DNA from: an uncultured Actinomycetota bacterium
GTDB lineage: Bacteria > Actinomycetota > Actinomycetes > JACCUZ01
Reading direction: 5' to 3'
DNA length: 64,000 nucleotides
Assembly (NCBI GenBank): GCA_963723975.1
Contig: CAVRTI010000022.1
Span: forward strand, 463,613 to 527,612
Below are positions 39,326-50,564 of the stretch, one piece after another. Within the stretch, counting starts at the first letter, position 1, and each line of letters begins with the position of its first letter. The notes under the pieces were generated by a model. It was not told the origin of the DNA. It did not search any database and saw only the letters and a program-made list of their open reading frames with translations. A program made the position numbers and the translations under genes.

Positions 39326-40549
39326 ATGTCGACCCCGCGCGCCACGGACGTCCGGCCGTTCCCGGCGGGGCTGCTGGTCCTCACCATCTTCCTGGTCGCG
39401 CTGAACCTGCGGGCCGCGCTGGCCGCCCTGCCGCCGCTGGTGCGCACCATCCAGGCCGACCTCGGCATCGACGGCGCCACCGCCGGGCTGCTCACCACGC
39501 TGCCGGTGCTGTGCATGGGCCTGTTCGCCCCGGTCGCTCAGCGGCTGGCGCACCGGGTCGGCCGGGAGGCGACGGTCGGCTGGGCGCTCGTGCTGCTGCT
39601 GGCGGGCCAGCTGCTGCGGCTCGGCGGTGCGGTGCTCCCCGTGCTGCTGCTCAGCACCCTGCTCGTCGGCATCGGCATCGCCCTGGCGGGCACCGTCCTG
39701 CCCGGCATCGTCAAGGAGTTCTTCGGCGACCGGTCCGGGCTGATGACCGGTGTCTACCTGCTCGCGATGATGGTCGGCGCGGCGGCCGCCTCCGCCTTCT
39801 CGGTGCCGATCTCGGACGCGGCCGGCTCCTGGCAGGTGGCGCTGGCGGTGTGGGCCGCCTTCGCCGTGGTGGGGCTGGCGGCCTGGTTGCCCGTCGTACG
39901 GCGGGTGAACGACCGGGCCGACCCGGACGACGGGCCGGGCGGAACAGGCACCCGGACCTGCCCTGGCGCAGCACCACCACCTGGCTGCTGGCCGGCTACC
40001 TCGCGATGCAGTCGCTGGGCTTCTACTCCCAGATCGCCTGGATCTCCCCGTCCTACGAGTCGCACGGCTGGTCGGCGCGGGACGCCGGCCTGCTGCTGTC
40101 GTTGTGGAGCATCGCGCAGCTGGTCACCGGGGTCGCCGGCCCGGCGCTGGCCGACCGGGTGCGCGACCGGCGTCCGCTGGTGGCAGCCGCGGTCGGCCTT
40201 GAACATCGCCGGACTGGTCGGCTCGTGCTGGCTCCGACGGCGGCCCCGGTGCTCTGGATCGTGCTGCTGGCCCTCGGCCAGGGCGGCGGCTTCGCGCTCG
40301 GCCTGGTGAAGCTGGTCGACTACGCGCCCACCGCCGGCGGCGTCCGCCCGGCTGTCGGCCCTGGTGTTCCTGGTGTCGTACTCGACGGCCTCGCTGGGCC
40401 CGTTCGTCTTCGGCGCCGTGCACGACGCCACCGACGGCTTCACCGCGCCGTACGCCGTGCTGCTCGGCGTCGCCGTCGTGCAGATGTCCCTGGTCCCGCG
40501 GCTGCGTCCCGGCCGGCTGACGGAGGGCGCGGGCAGGATGTCGGCATGA
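39326..40549 (+). CDS. MFS transporter (CynX/NimT-like); frame changes ~39950, ~40198, ~40222, ~40345
   Basis: The N-terminal 200 aa are in ORF 39326.. (…LNLRAALAALPPLV…), the middle is in ORF 39511.. and the end in ORF 40364..40549. All parts are hydrophobic TM-type sequence. Confidence 0.75.
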
Positions 40550-40995
40550 CTCACGTGACCAACGTCCAGATGACCCTCGACTGCGCCGACCCGCACGCCC
40601 AGGCCCGGTTCTGGGCCCAGGCGCTGGGCTGGGTGGTCGAGCGCAACACCGCGATGATCCGCTCCCTGCTCGACCAGGGGGTGGCCACCGCGGACGACGT
40701 GGTCGAGATCGACGGCGAGCTGGCCTGGCGGACGGTCGAGGCGATCCGGCACCCGGAGCACGACGCGATCCGCGAGCTCGGCGGCACGGCCCGGCTGCTG
40801 TTCCAGGTCGTCGAGGAGCCGAAGACGGTGAAGAACCGGATGCACCTCGACGTCAACGTGGGCCGCGAGCAGATCGAGGCCGAGGTGGCGCGGCTGACCG
40901 CGCTCGGCGCCCGGGAGCTGTGGAAGGTCGACCAGCCCGGTGCGTTCCACACGACGATGGCCGACCCGGAGGGCAACGAGTTCTGCGTGCAGTGA
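40546..40995 (+). CDS. VOC (glyoxalase-like) family protein
   Basis: ATG 40546 overlaps the MFS stop (ATGA). The 149-aa product has …RMHLDVNV… and a terminal …MADPEGNEFCVQ. It is a paralogue of the 17156 gene family. Confidence 0.8.
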   Translation: MTHVTNVQMTLDCADPHAQARFWAQALGWVVERNTAMIRSLLDQGVATADDVVEIDGELAWRTVEAIRHPEHDAIRELGGTARLLFQVVEEPKTVKNRMHLDVNVGREQIEAEVARLTALGARELWKVDQPGAFHTTMADPEGNEFCVQ

Positions 40996-41010
40996 CCGCC
41001 CAGTCTCGCT

Positions 41011-41581
41011 CTAGCGGCGCAGCCGGTCCAGGTCCGCCGGGGTGTCGACGTCGTCGGGGGCGGCCACGTCACCGCACTCCAGCTCGACGACGTCGTCGGC
41101 CCGGCTGACGAGGAAGTCGCGCGCCCCCCGGTCGCCGACCGCGAGCCTCGGCCACCGCCGGCCAGTGCCGCCGGCCCAGGAGTACCGGGTGGCCGCGGCG
41201 GCCGTCGTACGTCGCGACGACGACGGCGGCCTCGGGCGACGGACCGGCGGCGCCCACCACCCGTCGCACCGCGGCGGGGGTCAGCCCGGGCTGGTCGACG
41301 AGCAGCACGACGACAGCACCGACGTCCGGCTGCAGCGCAGCGAGGCCGGCCCGCAGCGAGGACCCCATCCCCTCGACCCAGCCCGGGTTGTCGACGATCT
41401 CCGCGCCGGGCACCGCCAGCGGCGCCGCGCCCTGCACGACGTACGTGGTGGCGAGGCCCGCCTCGCGCAGCACCCGCACGGCGCGGTCGACCAGCCGTTC
41501 CCCGTCGATCTCGGCCAGCGCCTTCGGTCCCCCGAACCGGCGTCCCTCGCCGGCGGCGAGGACGAGGCCGGCGACGCTCAC
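41011..41581 (-). CDS. MobA/MocA-like NTP transferase (molybdenum cofactor nucleotidyltransferase); frame change ~41140-41160
   Basis: GTG 41581 overlaps the xdhC stop. The N-terminus is LVLAAGEGRRFGGPKAL… and the end, …GDRGARDFL…DVDTPADLDRLRR, is read in another frame with its stop at 41011-41013. Confidence 0.75.
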
Positions 41582-42708
41582 GGTCCCTCGGGCCGCGTCG
41601 TCGCCTCGGTGTGGATGGGGCCGTCGGTGCGGGTCAGCGGTGAGCCGGTGCCGCCCCAGCGGTGGGCCACGATCTCGGCGGCGATCGAGACGGCGGTCTC
41701 CTCGGGCGTGCGGGCGCCGATGTCCAGCCCGATCGGCGAGGACAGCCGGGCCAGCGCCTCCTCCGGCACGCCCTCGTCGCGCAGCCGGGCCAGCCGGTCG
41801 TCGTGGGTGCGCCGGCTGCCCATCGCGCCGATGTAGGCGGCGTCGGTCTGCAGCGCCACCTCGAGCAGCGGCACGTCGAACTTCGGGTCGTGGGTCAGCA
41901 CGCAGATCACGGTGCGGGCGTCGACCTGCTGGGTCGCGAGGTACCGGTGCGGCCACTCGACGACCACCTCGTCGGCCTCGGGGAACCGCCGCGGCGTCGC
42001 GAAGGTCCCCCGGGCGTCGCACACGGTGACCCGGTAGCCGAGGAACTTGCCGACCCGGGCCACCGCGGCGGCGAAGTCGATGGCGCCGAAGACCAGCATC
42101 CGGGGCGGCGGCGCGAACGACTGGACGAACAGGCACAGCTCGTCCTGCCGGCGCTCGCCGTCCGGGCCGATGCGCAGCAGCCGGTTGGCGCCGTGGTCCA
42201 GCGCGCCGCGTACGTCGTCGACGACCGCCTGGTCGAGCCGCTGCGTGCCCAGCGACCCGCTCGCGCGGTCCGGCCACACCACCAGGTGGGCGCCGACCTG
42301 CCCGGGCCCGTCGACGATGGTCGCGACGGCGACCGGCTCGTGGGCCCGGATCGACGCCACCACCTCCGGCAGCTCGGGGAAGGTCGCCGGGTCGACCGGC
42401 TCGACGAAGATGTCGATGATCCCGCCGCAGGTGAGTCCGACCGCGAACGCGTCGTCGTCGCTGACGCCGTACCGCTGCAGAACCGGCTCGCCGCTGGCCA
42501 TCACCTCCTGCGCGAGCTCGTAGACGGCGCCCTCGACGCAGCCGCCGCTCACGCTGCCGGTCGGCTCGCCGTCGGCCGCCACGACCATCGCCGCACCCGG
42601 CTGCCGGGGCGCGCTGCGCCAGGTGCCCACGACGGTCGCCAGCGCGAACCGCTCCCCCGTCGCATGCAGCCGGGCCACCTCGTCGACGACGTCATGCACG
42701 GCGGGCAC
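41578..42708 (-). CDS. XdhC/CoxI-family molybdoenzyme accessory protein
   Basis: Intact 376-aa ORF (GTG start) with GSVSGGCVEG and the Rossmann-like part MLVFGAIDFA…VCDAR…. Confidence 0.9.
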   Translation of the reverse strand: MPAVHDVVDEVARLHATGERFALATVVGTWRSAPRQPGAAMVVAADGEPTGSVSGGCVEGAVYELAQEVMASGEPVLQRYGVSDDDAFAVGLTCGGIIDIFVEPVDPATFPELPEVVASIRAHEPVAVATIVDGPGQVGAHLVVWPDRASGSLGTQRLDQAVVDDVRGALDHGANRLLRIGPDGERRQDELCLFVQSFAPPPRMLVFGAIDFAAAVARVGKFLGYRVTVCDARGTFATPRRFPEADEVVVEWPHRYLATQQVDARTVICVLTHDPKFDVPLLEVALQTDAAYIGAMGSRRTHDDRLARLRDEGVPEEALARLSSPIGLDIGARTPEETAVSIAAEIVAHRWGGTGSPLTRTDGPIHTEATTRPEGP

Positions 42709-43832
42709 CTCCGGAGAGCAGCGCCGCCAGCCGGGACAGCGCGTCGAACGAGTGCCCGTCGACGAAGTCGTCGACGTAGGGCAGGGCGGCCTGCATGCCG
42801 GCGGTCATCGGGACGTACCCCGGCAGGCCGCGGTGCGGGTTGACCCACACCACCCGGTGCGCCAGCCGTGACAGGCGGGCCATCTGGCTGCCGAGCAGGG
42901 TCGGCGTCGCCGCGCTCCCAGCCGTCCGAGGCGACCACCACGACCGCCCCGCGGGCCACCCCGCGCTGGCCCCAGCGGTCCAGGAACGCCTTCACCAGCT
43001 CGCCGAGCCGGGTGCCGCCGCTCCAGTCGGGCACGGCCGCCGAGACGGCGAGCAGCGCGGTCGACGGGTCGCGGCTGCGCATCTCCCGGGTCACCCGGGT
43101 CAGCCGGGTGCCGACCGTGAACACCTCGGTGCCGGGACGCCGACGCGCCGCCGCGTGCGCGAACCGGAGGTACGGGTCGGCGTAGGGCTGCATCGACCCG
43201 CTGACGTCGACGAGCAGCACCAGCCGCCGGGGCCGGACCCGGCGGGCCCGGCGCACCAGCCGCACCGGCTCGCCGCCACGGCGCAGCATCGCCCGGACCG
43301 TGCGCCCCGGGTCGACGCTGCCGCGGTACGACGGCCGGTGCCGCCGCGACACCCGGGTCTCCCCGACCGGGTCGAGCAGCGCGATCAGCCGGCGTACGAC
43401 CTCACGCTCGGTCGCCGTCAGCCGTGCCAGGTCGCGGTGCCGCAGCACCTCCAGCTCGCTGGCGGTCGCGGCGGGCAGCTCCTCCGGGTCGGCGCCCTCG
43501 CCGGCCGGCCGCTCGGTGCCCGGGACGGCGACCGGGCGCAGCACCTGCACCGGCGGCACGCTGCGCAGCGGCGGGGCGGTCAGGCCGCCGAAGTACGCGG
43601 CGAACGCCCGGTCGTAGCGGTCCAGGTCGTCCGGGCCGGAGCACAGCGTGAGCCGGCCGGCCCAGTACACGTCCTGCCGGCGGGCCACGTCGAGGTGGCC
43701 GACGGCGGCCACCGTCAGGTGCAGCCGGTCGGGGCTGGCCGGAACCCCGGCGGCGCGCAGGACGCGGGCGAAGCCGACGAAGGTGCGGGTGACCGCGTCG
43801 GCCGGAGCCGGGTCGGCAGCGAGCGTGGTCAC
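42692..43832 (-). CDS. VWA-domain protein (CoxE-like); frame change ~42908
   Basis: GTG 43832 overlaps the coxD-like stop (GTGA). The MIDAS context is LVLLVDVSGSM. The C-terminal part is in ORF 42692..42883 (…RVVWVNPH…). Confidence 0.8.
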
Positions 43833-44736
43833 CCGGCCGCCGCCCACTCGGCGAGCCGCTCGGCGACCCGCTCCTGGTCCTCGCGGTACTTCACGAACGC
43901 GCCGAGGCTGGCCGTGGCGCGGTCCAGCTCGGCCGGGCCGAGGGACCGGGCGCCGAGGGCGAGCAGCGCCTCGGTCCAGTCCAGCGACTCGGCGACGCCG
44001 GGCGGCTTGAGCAGGTCCTCGTCCCGGGCCAGGGCAGCGACCCGGGCCACGCCGGTGGCCAGCGCCTCGGAGGCCGCCGGCAGCCGGCGCCGGATGATGG
44101 CCACCTCGCGGGCGACGTCGGGGTGCGGCAGCCAGTGGTAGAGGCAGCGCCGCTTGAGGGCGTCGTGCACCTCGCGGGTGCGGTTGCTGGTCACGACGAC
44201 GACCGGCGGGACCTCGGCCCGGATGGTGCCGAGCTCGGGCACCGAGATCGTCCAGTCGCTGAGCACCTCGAGCAGGAAGGCCTCGAACTCGTCGTCGGCC
44301 CGGTCCACCTCGTCGACGAGCAGCACCGCGCGGCCGCCTCCGTTGCCCGCCTCCAGCGCCTGCAGCAGCGGCCGGGCGACCAGGAACCGGCGGTCGTAGA
44401 GCTCGCTCTCCAGCCGGTCGGCGTCGACGGTCCCGGCGGCCTCGGCGGCGCGCAGGTGCAGCAGCTGGCGGGGGAAGTCCCAGTCGTAGAGCGCCTGCGC
44501 GGCGTCCAGGCCCTCGTAGCACTGCAGCCGGATCAGCGGGGTGTCGAGCATCTCCGCGAGCGCGGCGGCGAGGGCGGTCTTGCCGACCCCTGCGTCGCCC
44601 TCGCAGAACAGCGGCCGGTGCATGGTCAGGGCGAGGAAGGCCGCGGTCGCGAGGCCCTCGTCGGCGAGGTAGCCGACGGCGTCGAGCGCGCGGCCGAGCT
44701 CCGCGGCGAGGTCGGCTGGCCGGGCGGCGTCGTCAC
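43829..44736 (-). CDS. MoxR/CoxD-like AAA+ ATPase; N-terminus and start codon unresolved
   Basis: ORF 43829..44623 has Walker A GDAGVGKT, Walker B LLVDEVDRA and VVVTSNR. Homology continues in-frame upstream of ATG 44623 (…LDAVGYLADEGLATAAFLALT) without any ATG/GTG/TTG. GTG 44736 is reachable only through another frame change. Confidence 0.75.
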
Positions 44737-44781
44737 GAGGTCCACCGTACGGCGGCCCCCGGCGTACGGCATCCTGGCGGC

Positions 44782-45252
44782 ATGGACGAGCTCCTCGAAC
44801 CCGACGCCCAGCGCGCTCTCGCGGTGCGGCTGTTCAACCGCACCTGGGAGCTGCTCGAGACGACCCGCGACGCCGCGGCCGACCGCGAGCTGCTCGGCTC
44901 CGCGCTGGCCTCCCGGCTGCACTGGGAGGGCCTCGGCACCGACGAGAACCTCGCCGCCGGCGACTGGCTGGTCGCGCACGTCGCGAGCCACCTCGGGTAC
45001 GCCGACCTCGCCCTCGACTTCGCCACCGCCGCCCACCAGCGGGCGAGCGGGGCCACCCCCGAGGTGCCGCTGTGGCTGCTCGCCTCGACCCAGGAGGGCC
45101 TGGCCCGGGCGCACGCCGTGGCGGGTCACGACGACGAGCGGGACCGCTGGGCGGCGGACGCCCGCGCCACCCTGTCCGGGGTGGACGACGACGAGGACCG
45201 CGAGCTGATCGAGAGCCAGCTCGACACCGTGCCCGGTCTGGACGCCGGCTGA
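44782..45252 (+). CDS. Conserved hypothetical protein (helical, acidic)
   Basis: 156-aa ORF with good high-GC codon usage. I recognised no motif. Confidence 0.55.
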   Translation: MDELLEPDAQRALAVRLFNRTWELLETTRDAAADRELLGSALASRLHWEGLGTDENLAAGDWLVAHVASHLGYADLALDFATAAHQRASGATPEVPLWLLASTQEGLARAHAVAGHDDERDRWAADARATLSGVDDDEDRELIESQLDTVPGLDAG

Positions 45253-45286
45253 GCAGGACCCCGGCCGAGCAGGACACAATGGGGCA

Positions 45287-45871
45287 ATGACCTCGTCCAC
45301 CCCGGGACGCCCCGATCCCGCGACCGAGCCGGATCCGGTGCGTCAGCTGGTCCGGCTGTTCGGCACCCAGCTGCTCGCCGTCATCGCGGTCGCCACGGTG
45401 ATCGCCGTGGTCTTCACGCTGGCCGGTCGGGGCACCGGGCCCGACGTCGCCGCGGACGACACGGGCGCCGATCCCAGCACCCCGGCCGGCGACGGCGACC
45501 TCCGAGTCCTCGGCACCGGCGACGTCGCGAGTCCCTCGGCACCGTCCAGCACGCCGCCGGCCAGCACGACCGCACCGGCGACCACGGCCAGCGCCGGCCC
45601 GAAGGTCGTCAAGGTCGACGTCCTCAACCAGTCGGCCGGCAACGGCAGCGCCGAGCGGGTGGCCGCCGACCTGCGCGAGGCGGGCTGGAAGATCGGCCGG
45701 ATCGACGACTTCAACGGCAACGTGAGCACCACCACCGTCTACTGGCTCACCCCGAAGAGCCGCCCGCAGGCACGTCAGATCTCCAGGGTCCTCGGCGGGG
45801 TCCGCGTCCAGGAAGGGTTCGACACCCTCGTCGACGGCCGCATCTCGGTCGTCCTGGTCGAGAACCGCTGA
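45287..45871 (+). CDS. LytR C-terminal (LytR_C) domain membrane protein
   Basis: 194-aa ORF with one TM helix, a Pro/Ser/Thr/Ala linker and then …VKVDVLNQSAGNGSAERVAADL…TTVYW…, typical of LytR_C. Confidence 0.75.
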   Translation: MTSSTPGRPDPATEPDPVRQLVRLFGTQLLAVIAVATVIAVVFTLAGRGTGPDVAADDTGADPSTPAGDGDLRVLGTGDVASPSAPSSTPPASTTAPATTASAGPKVVKVDVLNQSAGNGSAERVAADLREAGWKIGRIDDFNGNVSTTTVYWLTPKSRPQARQISRVLGGVRVQEGFDTLVDGRISVVLVENR

Positions 45872-45886
45872 CCGCGGCCCGGTCGG

Positions 45887-47260
45887 TCAGCGGCCGCGCT
45901 TCTCGCGCATCTTCACGCTGACCTCGATCGGGGTGCCGACGAAGCCGAACTCCTCGCGCAGCCGGCGCTCGACGAAGCGCCGGTAGCCCGCCTCGAGGAA
46001 GCCCGAGGTGAACAGCACGAACCGCGGCGGCCGGGTGTCGGCCTGGGTGGCGAACAGGATCCGGGGCTGCTTGCCGCCGCGGACCGGGTGCGGGTGGGCC
46101 GCGACGAGCTCGCCGAGGAACGCGTTGAGCCGCCCGGTCGGGACCCGGTGCTCCCAGGACGCCAGCGCGGTGTCCAGCGCCGGGACCAGCTTCTCCATGT
46201 GCCGCCCGGTGCGGGCCGAGATGTTGACCCGCGGCGCCCAGGGCACCTGCACCAGGTCCCGCTCGATCTCCCGCTCGAGGTAGAACCGGCGCTCGTCGTC
46301 GAGCAGGTCCCACTTGTTGTAGGCGATGACCAGGGCGCGGCCGGACTCGACGACCATCGTGATGATGCGGGTGTCCTGCTCGGAGAGCGTCTCGCTGGCG
46401 TCGACCAGGACGACGGCGACCTCGGCACGGTCCAGCGCCGACTGGGTGCGCAGGGTCGCGTAGTAGTCGGTGCCGCTGGCCTGCTTGGCCCGCCGCCGGA
46501 TGCCCGCGGTGTCGACGAAGCGCCACTCCCGGCCGCCGAGCGTGACCATCTCGTCGACCGGGTCGCGGGTGGTGCCGGCGACCGAGTCGACGACGACGCG
46601 GTCCTCGCCGGCGAGCTGGTTGAGCAGCGAGGACTTGCCGACGTTGGGCCGGCCGAGCAGCGCGACCCGGCGCGGGCCCTGCTCCTCGTCGAAGCGCTCC
46701 TCGGGAGTCTCCGGCAGCGCGGCGAGCACGGCGTCGAGCAGGTCGCCGCTGCCCCGGCCGTGCAGCGCGGACACCGGGAACGGCTCGCCGAGCCCGAGCG
46801 ACCACAGCGCGGCGGCGTCCGCCTCGGTCTTGGCGTTGTCGACCTTGTTGGCGACCAGGATGACCGGCTTGCCGGCCCGGCGCAGCACCCGCACGACCGC
46901 CTCGTCGGTGTCGGTCGGCCCGACCGTGGCGTCGACCACGAAGACCACGGCGTCGGCAGCGGCGATCGCGACCTCGGCCTGCGCGGCGACCTGCGCCTGC
47001 AGGCCCTTGGCGTCGTGCTCCCAGCCGCCGGTGTCGACGACGGTGAAGCGCCGGCCGTTCCAGGCCGCGTCGTAGGGCACCCGGTCGCGGGTCACTCCCG
47101 GCACGTCCTCGACGACGGCCTCGCGGCGGCCGATGATCCGGTTGACCAGGGTCGACTTCCCGACGTTGGGGCGCCCGACGATCGCGACGACCGGGACCGG
47201 GCCGAGCTCGACGTCCTCGCCGAGGCCCTCGGTGCCGTCGCCGCCGAACTCCTCGCTCAT
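45887..47260 (-). CDS. der: Ribosome-associated GTPase Der (EngA)
   Basis: Intact 457-aa ORF with two G domains (GRPNVGKST…DTGG…NKVD and GRPNVGKSS…DTAG…NKWD) plus a KH-like end. Confidence 0.95.
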   Translation of the reverse strand: MSEEFGGDGTEGLGEDVELGPVPVVAIVGRPNVGKSTLVNRIIGRREAVVEDVPGVTRDRVPYDAAWNGRRFTVVDTGGWEHDAKGLQAQVAAQAEVAIAAADAVVFVVDATVGPTDTDEAVVRVLRRAGKPVILVANKVDNAKTEADAAALWSLGLGEPFPVSALHGRGSGDLLDAVLAALPETPEERFDEEQGPRRVALLGRPNVGKSSLLNQLAGEDRVVVDSVAGTTRDPVDEMVTLGGREWRFVDTAGIRRRAKQASGTDYYATLRTQSALDRAEVAVVLVDASETLSEQDTRIITMVVESGRALVIAYNKWDLLDDERRFYLEREIERDLVQVPWAPRVNISARTGRHMEKLVPALDTALASWEHRVPTGRLNAFLGELVAAHPHPVRGGKQPRILFATQADTRPPRFVLFTSGFLEAGYRRFVERRLREEFGFVGTPIEVSVKMREKRGR

Positions 47261-47961
47261 CGCCGTGCCGCCACGAGGCCGAGGATCGCGTCCACGGTCT
47301 CCTCGAAGGACAGGTCGGAGGAGTCGACGACCGTGACGCCCTCACCGGCCTCGAGGAAGTCGGCGACGGTGGAGTCCTGCGCGTCCCGGCGCACGACGTG
47401 GTCGCGGGTGGCGTCGATGGCGGCGTCGTCGTCGCTGCCGTGCACCTCGAGGGCCCGCCGGGCCAGCCGGGCCTGCTCGGTGGCGGTCAGCAGGATGCGC
47501 ACGTCGGCGTCCGGCGCCACGACCGTGGTGATGTCCCGGCCCTCGACGACGATGCCGCCGTCGGCGGCGATCTCGCGCTGCCGGCGGACCAGCTCGTCCC
47601 GCACCTCGAGGTTGGTGGCCACGGCGCTGACGGCGGCCGAGATGCGCGGCTCGCGGATCGCGGCGCTGACGTCGTGGCCGTCGACCGTCAGCTGGCTGGA
47701 GTCGGTCGTGGTGCCGATCTCCAGCGGCAGCTTGCGGGCCAGCTCGGCGACCGCGGGCTGGTCGCCGGGGTCGGCGCCGCGCTCGAGCGCCCACCAGGTG
47801 AGGGCGCGGTACATGGCGCCGGTGTCGAGGTAGCGCAGGCCGAGCCGGCGGGCGACCTCGCGGGACACGCTGGACTTGCCGGAGCCGGATGGCCCGTCGA
47901 CGGCGACCACCAGACGGCGCCCGGCGGGCGTCTCGGCGGTGTCGTGGCTGGACGGGGGCAT
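47257..47961 (-). CDS. cmk: (d)CMP kinase
   Basis: ATG 47961 (MPPSSHD…) lies within ORF 47257..48189. It has the P-loop [13 protein letters not shown] and …[10 protein letters not shown]…, and overlaps the der start. Confidence 0.9.
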   Translation of the reverse strand: MPPSSHDTAETPAGRRLVVAVDGPSGSGKSSVSREVARRLGLRYLDTGAMYRALTWWALERGADPGDQPAVAELARKLPLEIGTTTDSSQLTVDGHDVSAAIREPRISAAVSAVATNLEVRDELVRRQREIAADGGIVVEGRDITTVVAPDADVRILLTATEQARLARRALEVHGSDDDAAIDATRDHVVRRDAQDSTVADFLEAGEGVTVVDSSDLSFEETVDAILGLVAARR

Positions 47962-48004
47962 GCGGTACCTCGGCAAGGGATCTGGGGTGGGGAACCCCCT
48001 GATG

Positions 48005-49118
48005 CTACGCGCCTCCGGCGTGCACGACCCAGCCGAGACCTTCCAGCGCCGCGGCCAGGCCGGTCTCCGCGCCCGGCGCCACGGCCAGCTCGACCAGGCC
48101 CACCGGCTGGCCGGGCGAGTGCTCGATCCGGATGTCCTCGATGTTGACCCCGGCCGCTCCGACGTCGACGACCAGCCGGGCCAGCTCACCTGGGCGGTCG
48201 GCGAGGACGACGGGCACGACGGCGTACGCCGTGGAGCGGCCGCCGTGCTTGCCGGGCAGCCGGGCCCGGCCGGCGTTGCCGCGCACCAGCACCTCGCGCA
48301 GCGAGGTCCGGGCCCACTCGGCGTCCTCGGCGACCTCGTGCAGCGCGCCGACCACCGCGTCGACGTCCTGCCGCAGCTCGGTGAGGATGCGGGCCACCGG
48401 CTCGGCGTTGGCGACCAGGATGTCGACCCAGAGGTCGGGGTCGGAGGCGGCGACCCGGGTGACGTCGCGCAGGCCCTGCCCGGTCAGGGCGAGCGCCGCG
48501 TCCGCGCCCTCGGCCAGCCGGGCGGCGACCAGCGAGGCGGCGACCTGCGGCACGTGCGAGACCAGGGCGACGGCGGCGTCGTGGTCGGCGGCGTCCATCT
48601 CGACCGCGACGGCCCCGCACAGCGACAGCAGCGGTCCGGACCCGGGCCAGCGAGCGCTCGCTCGGCACCCGCCGAGCGACACCGCCCAGGGCCGCCCCTC
48701 GAAGAGGTCGGCGCGGGCGGCGCCCGGGCCGGACCGCTCGCCGCCGGCCATCGGGTGGGTGCCCACGAAGTGCGGGGCCGGCCCGACGGTGGCCGCGACC
48801 TCGCGCAGCGACGCCGTCCTTCACCGCCGCCGTGTCGACCACGGTGGCGGCGACGTTGCCGGCGAGCAGGCCGCTGACCACCTCGGCGGTCGCCGACGGG
48901 CTGACCGCGACCACGGCCAGGTCGACCTGCTCGGCCGGCGGGTCGAGGGTGCCGGCCCCGAGCTGCGCCGCCTGCCGGGCGGCCGACGGGTCGCGGTCGG
49001 CGAGGTGCACGACGACGCCGTGCCGGCGCAGGGCGAGCGCCACCGAGGTGCCGATCAGACCGGTCCCGACGACCAGGCAGGTCCGGACCAGCGGGGCGTC
49101 GTCGTCCCCCCGCGTCAC
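48005..49118 (-). CDS. tyrA: Prephenate dehydrogenase; frame change ~48820
   Basis: The N-terminus is in the frame of ORF 48186..49160 (GTG 49118; LVVGTGLIGTSVALAL…). The C-terminus is ORF 48005..48766 (…FVGTHPMAGGE…ADHDAAVALVSHVPQ…) with an ACT-like end. Confidence 0.8.
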
Positions 49119-49125
49119 GGGGCGC

Positions 49126-49488
49126 TCACTGGGCGAGGTCCCGGCGCAGCGCCGCCGCACCGCGCAGGTAGACGTGGCGCACCTCGGCCTTGCTGAGCCC
49201 GGTCTCGGCGTGCACCATCACCCGGATGACGCGGGGCATCGCGCCGGCGATGTCCAGCTCCTGGGTGCACAGCAGCGGCACGTCGCCGATGCCGAGCTGC
49301 CGCGCGGCGAGTGCCGGGAACTCGCTGTGCAGGTCCGGGGTCGCGGTGAACAGCATCGAGATCAGGTCGTCGGTCGCGAGCGCGTTCTGCTCGAGGATCG
49401 CGCGGATCAGCTCGTCGACCGAGGACAGCAGGTGGTCGCGGTCGTCGACGTCGAGCTGCGTCGCACCGCGGATCGCACGCACGGCCAT
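49126..49488 (-). CDS. aroH: Chorismate mutase, AroH class
   Basis: ATG 49488 (MAVRAIRGATQLD…) lies within ORF 49126..49617. The 120-aa product aligns along its length with the B. subtilis AroH pattern (…IRGIRGAT…ATPDLH..FPA…RHVYL…). Confidence 0.85.
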   Translation of the reverse strand: MAVRAIRGATQLDVDDRDHLLSSVDELIRAILEQNALATDDLISMLFTATPDLHSEFPALAARQLGIGDVPLLCTQELDIAGAMPRVIRVMVHAETGLSKAEVRHVYLRGAAALRRDLAQ

Positions 49489-49580
49489 GGCTGCCACCTC
49501 CTCGCGCGGCAACCTATCCCGGCCCGGGTGTCCGGCGGCCGACGACGTCCGCACGTCGGGACGGCCCGTAGGGTCGCGCC

Positions 49581-50460
49581 GTGAACCGGCCCCGCACCGT
49601 TGCCGCCGTACCGGCACCGCTGCTGGTGCTCGTGGCGATCGCCTCGGTGCAGACCGGCAGCGCCGTGGCGCGGACCGCGTTCGACGTGACCGGCGCGTCC
49701 GGGATGACCCTGCTCCGGCTGGCCATCGCCGGTCTGCTGCTCAGCGCGCTGGTGCGGCCTGCCGTGCGCCGCTGGTCCCGCGCGCAGTGGACGGCGGCGG
49801 TCGCTGCTCGGTCTGACGATGGGTGCGATGAACCTGGTGTTCTACCTCGCGATCCGCGACGTGCCGCTCGGCGTCGCGGTCACCGTGGAGTTCGTCGGTC
49901 CGCTGCTGCTGGCGCTGGTGCAGACCCGCCGGGTGTGGGACCTGGTGTGGGCCGTGCTCGCCGGCGCCGGGGTCGTGCTGCTCGGCCTGGACGGCGGGGA
50001 GTCGGTGCCGATCACCGGGCTGGCGCTGGCGCTGCTCGCCGGCATGTTCTGGGCGGGCTACATCCTGGCCAGCGCCCGGGTCGGCCGGGTGCTGCCCGGC
50101 GTCGACGGTCTGGCGGTCGCCCTGCTGGTCGCGGCGCTGCTCGCCCTGCCGTTCGGCGCCGCGGGCGCGGCCCGGGCGGCGACCGACGGTCGAGCGCTGC
50201 TCGTCGGCGCGGGGGTCGCCCTGCTGTCCTCGATCATCCCGTACGCCCTGGAGCTGACCGCCCTGCGGAGCATCCCCACCAGGGTGTTCGGCGTCCTGAT
50301 GAGCCTGGAGCCGGCGGCCGCTGCCGTCGCCGGGCTGATCGTGCTCGACCAGGTCCTGGGCACCCGGGAGCTGGTGGCGCTCGCGGCGGTCAGCCTCGCG
50401 AGCGTCGGCGTGACGTACGCGCGGCGCAGCGACCAGCCGGCGCCGCAGCCCCTCGAGTAG
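49581..50460 (+). CDS. EamA/DMT-family exporter (RhtA-like); frame change ~49800
   Basis: GTG 49581 opens a TM-rich N-terminus (ORF 49581..). The remaining 213 aa are in ORF 49819..50460 (…NLVFYLAIRDVPLGVAVTVEF…IIPYALELTALR…). Confidence 0.8.
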
Positions 50461-50564
50461 CTCGGCGGCCCCGAATTCGGTGTCCAGGGCTCTGATTGGG
50501 TCTTGACCGGGGCCGTGCACCCGGTGACGCTGGCGCACTCGGGCCCGTCGAGGAAGGTGACCGG

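Noticed and set aside
45868-45898. Small GC-rich hairpins between the convergent LytR_C and der genes (CTGACCG…CGGTCAG and CGCGGCC…GGCCGCG), and a similar one at 51359-51380, as possible terminators.
   Set aside because: The stems are only 7 bp, have alternative pairings, overlap the der stop codon and lack U-tracts. They are too weak to list as features.
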